In this document: positions 33,906 to 36,645 of the stretch, one piece after another
How the letters are laid out: each line of letters begins with the position of its first letter
Position numbering within the stretch: position 1 is the first letter of the stretch
UHGV virus genome: UHGV-0317196
Length of the DNA: 36,645 bases
Source of the DNA: a virus
Direction: 5' to 3' (one strand)
The notes under the pieces: model-generated
Seen by the model: the letters and a program-made list of their open reading frames with translations, nothing else
The model's database searches: none
What the model was told of the DNA's origin: nothing
Position numbers and translations under genes: made by a program

Positions 33906-33952
33906 AAGAAATTAAATCATTTAAATTGTAGACGAAAAGGAGAAGTTTGTAA

Positions 33953-35383
33953 ATGAAAATTACGAAAATTAAGATCAAAAATCTTTATGGAATTACAGAA
34001 TATGAAGGAGACGGAAAGAGTGTAGAGCTTTCCGGAACAAATGGAGCAGGCAAATCTTCCGTGATTGATGCGATTCGGTACGCACTTACAAATAAGTCAA
34101 ATCGCAAGTATGTTGTGAGAAACGGAGAAACAGAGGGGGAAATTCTGATTGAAACAGATAACGGATTGAGAATCAATCGGAAGGCAAGAACGAATCAAGC
34201 GGATTACAAGAGCGTGAAGCAGAACGGTCATGAGGTGGGGAGTCCGGAAACATTTTTGAAAGATATTTTTACTCCACTGCAGCTGTCGCCAGTTGAATTT
34301 ATGGAGAAATCCGAAAAAGAGCAGAATGCAATTTTGCTTGATATGATCCAGTATGACTGGTCATTGCAGACAATTCGTGAATGGTTTGGTGAAATTCCAG
34401 ATTGGGTATCTTACGATCAGAATATTTTACAAGTTTTGAATGATATACAGTCGGAAAACGGCATGTATTACAGGAATCGGCAGGATGTGAATAGAGATAT
34501 TCGGAATAAAAAATCATTTGTTGAGGATATCGCAGATGCTATCCCGTCTGGATACGATGCAGAAAAATGGGAAAATGAAAATCTTGGACAGCTGTATCAG
34601 GAAATCGAGCGCATTAGAAAAGAAAATGAACAGATTGAGAAAGCAAAGCGATTCATTGAGCAGAGGGACAACAAAGTCCGATCATTTGAAGCGGATAAAG
34701 AGATTAAATTATCCGCATTGGAAAGGTCGTTTACTGCAGAGCGCGAACGTCTTTTGAAAGAAAATGAAAGGCTGCAGGCTCAGTTGAGAGAAAATCAAAC
34801 AATGCTTGCTGGTATGGAAGAGAGAAAAGCGGACAAAGCAGAAGTGATCGTAAAAGAATATGAAGCGAATGTTGCGAAATATGACAGCTCTGTAGAAGAG
34901 TATAAAGAATTGTCAGAAAAAGAAGTGCAGGATTATTCGGAATTGCAGAATCAGGCATCTTATGCGGAAGAGATGAAATCCCACTTGAATGAATATCGTC
35001 GAATGGTTGATCTACAGAACGAAGTGGAGCGATTAAAAGCAGAATCCGAAGATTTTACGCAGAAAATCGAAAAGGCACGGTCTCTTCCGGGAGAAATCTT
35101 AGAAACTGCAACTATTCCGATTTCCGGTCTTACAGTTGTAAACGGTGTTCCGCTGATTCACGGACTCCCAATCAGTAATCTATCAGATGGAGAAAAACTT
35201 GATCTGTGTATCGATGTGGCGATTCAGAAGCCTAATGGACTGCAGATCATCCTGATTGATGGAGTGGAGAAAATGTCTACAAAAATGCGGACAGACCTGT
35301 ATCAGAAGTGCAAAGATAAAGGATTACAGTTTATTGCAACAAGGACAACAGATGAAGAAGATCTGACAGTGATTGAATTATAA
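33953..35383 (+). CDS. SbcC/RecF-like AAA ATPase (SMC-N type) of the phage recombination module
   Basis: Walker A GTNGAGKS at the N-terminus. Long central coiled coil. C-terminal signature LSDGEK and Walker B IILIDGVE. Confidence 0.7.
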   Translation: MKITKIKIKNLYGITEYEGDGKSVELSGTNGAGKSSVIDAIRYALTNKSNRKYVVRNGETEGEILIETDNGLRINRKARTNQADYKSVKQNGHEVGSPETFLKDIFTPLQLSPVEFMEKSEKEQNAILLDMIQYDWSLQTIREWFGEIPDWVSYDQNILQVLNDIQSENGMYYRNRQDVNRDIRNKKSFVEDIADAIPSGYDAEKWENENLGQLYQEIERIRKENEQIEKAKRFIEQRDNKVRSFEADKEIKLSALERSFTAERERLLKENERLQAQLRENQTMLAGMEERKADKAEVIVKEYEANVAKYDSSVEEYKELSEKEVQDYSELQNQASYAEEMKSHLNEYRRMVDLQNEVERLKAESEDFTQKIEKARSLPGEILETATIPISGLTVVNGVPLIHGLPISNLSDGEKLDLCIDVAIQKPNGLQIILIDGVEKMSTKMRTDLYQKCKDKGLQFIATRTTDEEDLTVIEL

Positions 35384-35394
35384 GGAGAATCGAT

Positions 35395-36030
35395 ATGGAA
35401 GAAATGATTGTAAAAGAGGAAAAACACGAATTGAGTCCATTTGCGGACAGCCAGAGTTTTCAAAAGATTTTTGATATCGGAAAAATGTTTGCTACATCGC
35501 AGCTGGTGCCACAGAATTACCAAGGCAAACCGATGGATTGCACGATTGCAGTAGATATGGCGAATCGAATGGGCGTATCCCCTATGATGGTCATGCAGAA
35601 TCTGTATGTTGTAAAAGGCAAGCCTACATGGAGTGGACAGGCTTGTATGAGTATGATCCGGGCGAATACAGAATTTAAAAATGTCCGTCCGGTGTACGAT
35701 GGAACACCTCATACAGATAATTGGGGATGCAGAATTGAAGCAGAATATAAAGATAGTGGAGAGAAAATCAAAGGAACTACAGTGACGATCGAAATGGCTA
35801 AAAAAGAGGGATGGTATGAAAAAACAGGAAGTAAATGGAAAACCATGCCGGAGCAGATGCTTGCATATCGTGCGGCTGCGTTCTTTGCTCGGGTATATAC
35901 TCCAAATTCTCTTATGGGGGTTTATGTCGAGGGTGAAGCAGAGGACATATCAAAAAGTGATACAAGAGTAGCGGAAAACCCGTTTGATTTTGAAGCTGCA
36001 GTGCAAGAAGCAGATGAGGTATTTGAATGA
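35395..36030 (+). CDS. recT: RecT-family single-strand annealing protein
   Basis: Core LVPQNYQGKP.DC.IAVDMANRMGVSPMMVMQNLYVVKGKPTWSGQA...TMPEQMLAYRAAAFFARVY matches the RecT family. SD AAGGAGAATCG. Confidence 0.6.
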   Translation: MEEMIVKEEKHELSPFADSQSFQKIFDIGKMFATSQLVPQNYQGKPMDCTIAVDMANRMGVSPMMVMQNLYVVKGKPTWSGQACMSMIRANTEFKNVRPVYDGTPHTDNWGCRIEAEYKDSGEKIKGTTVTIEMAKKEGWYEKTGSKWKTMPEQMLAYRAAAFFARVYTPNSLMGVYVEGEAEDISKSDTRVAENPFDFEAAVQEADEVFE

Positions 36031-36645
36031 TTTTAACACAGGAAAATTATTACAGTAAAGAAGCGAATCGGGAGTATCTCAGCGTCTCGCAGTATAAGGA
36101 TTTCTGCGGAACAATCGGACGTGTTGGGTGTGAGGAACAGGCACTTGCAAAGCTGAATGGTTACTGGGAGATGGAGAAAACAACAGCACTTCTGGTTGGC
36201 TCTTATGTGGATTCGCATTTCGAAGGAACGCTTGACTTGTTTAAGGCTCAGAATCCTGAGATATTTACAAAAAAAGGAGAGTTAAAGGCAGAGTACCGAA
36301 AAGCAGAAGAAATCATAAACCGAATCGAAAGAGACCCTTTATTCATGATGTTTATGAGCGGAGAGAAGCAGAAAATCTTTACAGCCGATCTATTTGGAGC
36401 GAAATGGAAAGTGAAGCTTGACAGCTATTTGCCCGGTAAATGCATCGTTGATTTGAAAGTAATGAAATCCCTGAGAGAAGCGCATTATGCGAAAGACATG
36501 GGACTGATGGACTTTGTGAGGTTTTGGGGCTATGACATACAGGCTGCCGTATACCAAGAGGTAGTGAGGATCAATACAGGGGAGCGGTTGCCGTTTTATA
36601 TCGCAGCAGCCAGCAAGGAGAAAGTGCCAGATATCGAGATTATCC
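36027..36645 (+). CDS. PD-(D/E)XK (Cas4/RecB-like) phage exonuclease, 3'-truncated by the window end
   Basis: ATGA overlap with recT. Motifs CIVDLKVMK (D-x-K) and YDIQAAVYQ (QxxxY). An N-terminal Cys. The frame runs off the window. Confidence 0.55.
   Translation, partial: MILTQENYYSKEANREYLSVSQYKDFCGTIGRVGCEEQALAKLNGYWEMEKTTALLVGSYVDSHFEGTLDLFKAQNPEIFTKKGELKAEYRKAEEIINRIERDPLFMMFMSGEKQKIFTADLFGAKWKVKLDSYLPGKCIVDLKVMKSLREAHYAKDMGLMDFVRFWGYDIQAAVYQEVVRINTGERLPFYIAAASKEKVPDIEII

Overview
The window reads as a near-complete genome of a temperate siphovirus or prophage of a low-GC Gram-positive (Bacillota, Clostridia-like) host. It is probably complete and circularly permuted: the 3'-truncated nuclease gene at the window end continues in frame into the 5'-truncated ORF at the window start. 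Gene order on the plus strand, left to right: (1) early/replication genes: HNH nuclease, divergent RusA-like resolvase, replisome organizer with internal 12-bp tandem repeats and flanking iterons (ori candidate), a PAPS-reductase-like (PP-loop, DndC/SspD-type) enzyme translationally coupled to two Cys-rich proteins, YopX, a DUF551 protein and an ArpU-like late regulator. (2) A tRNA-Asn(GTT) plus a degenerate tRNA-like element. (3) Packaging and head genes: TerS, PBSX-type TerL, portal, Mu-F-like minor head protein, scaffold and major capsid. An AT-rich tail-fibre-like gene followed by an XkdX-like small ORF is embedded in this head module. (4) Tail genes: major tail protein, chaperone pair, tape measure protein, Dit and Tal with collagen-like triplets. 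(5) Lysis genes: XhlA-like protein, a holin that lacks an in-frame ATG, and a CD27L-type Amidase_3 endolysin. (6) On the minus strand: a self-contained four-gene moron cassette with its own promoter and palindromic operator, a large serine recombinase, and a DUF4236 membrane protein. (7) Lysogeny switch and recombination: a short cI-like repressor and a cro-like gene flanked by repeated TTCGAA operators, an antirepressor preceded by four CACAATAT boxes, then an SbcC-like ATPase, RecT and a Cas4-like PD-(D/E)XK nuclease. No CRISPR array, rRNA or transposon is seen. The most interesting unexplained candidates are the moron cassette, the DUF4236 protein between int and cI, the PAPS-reductase/Cys-rich operon and the transplanted fibre cassette. 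All functional calls come from motif and architecture recognition by eye, without database searches.
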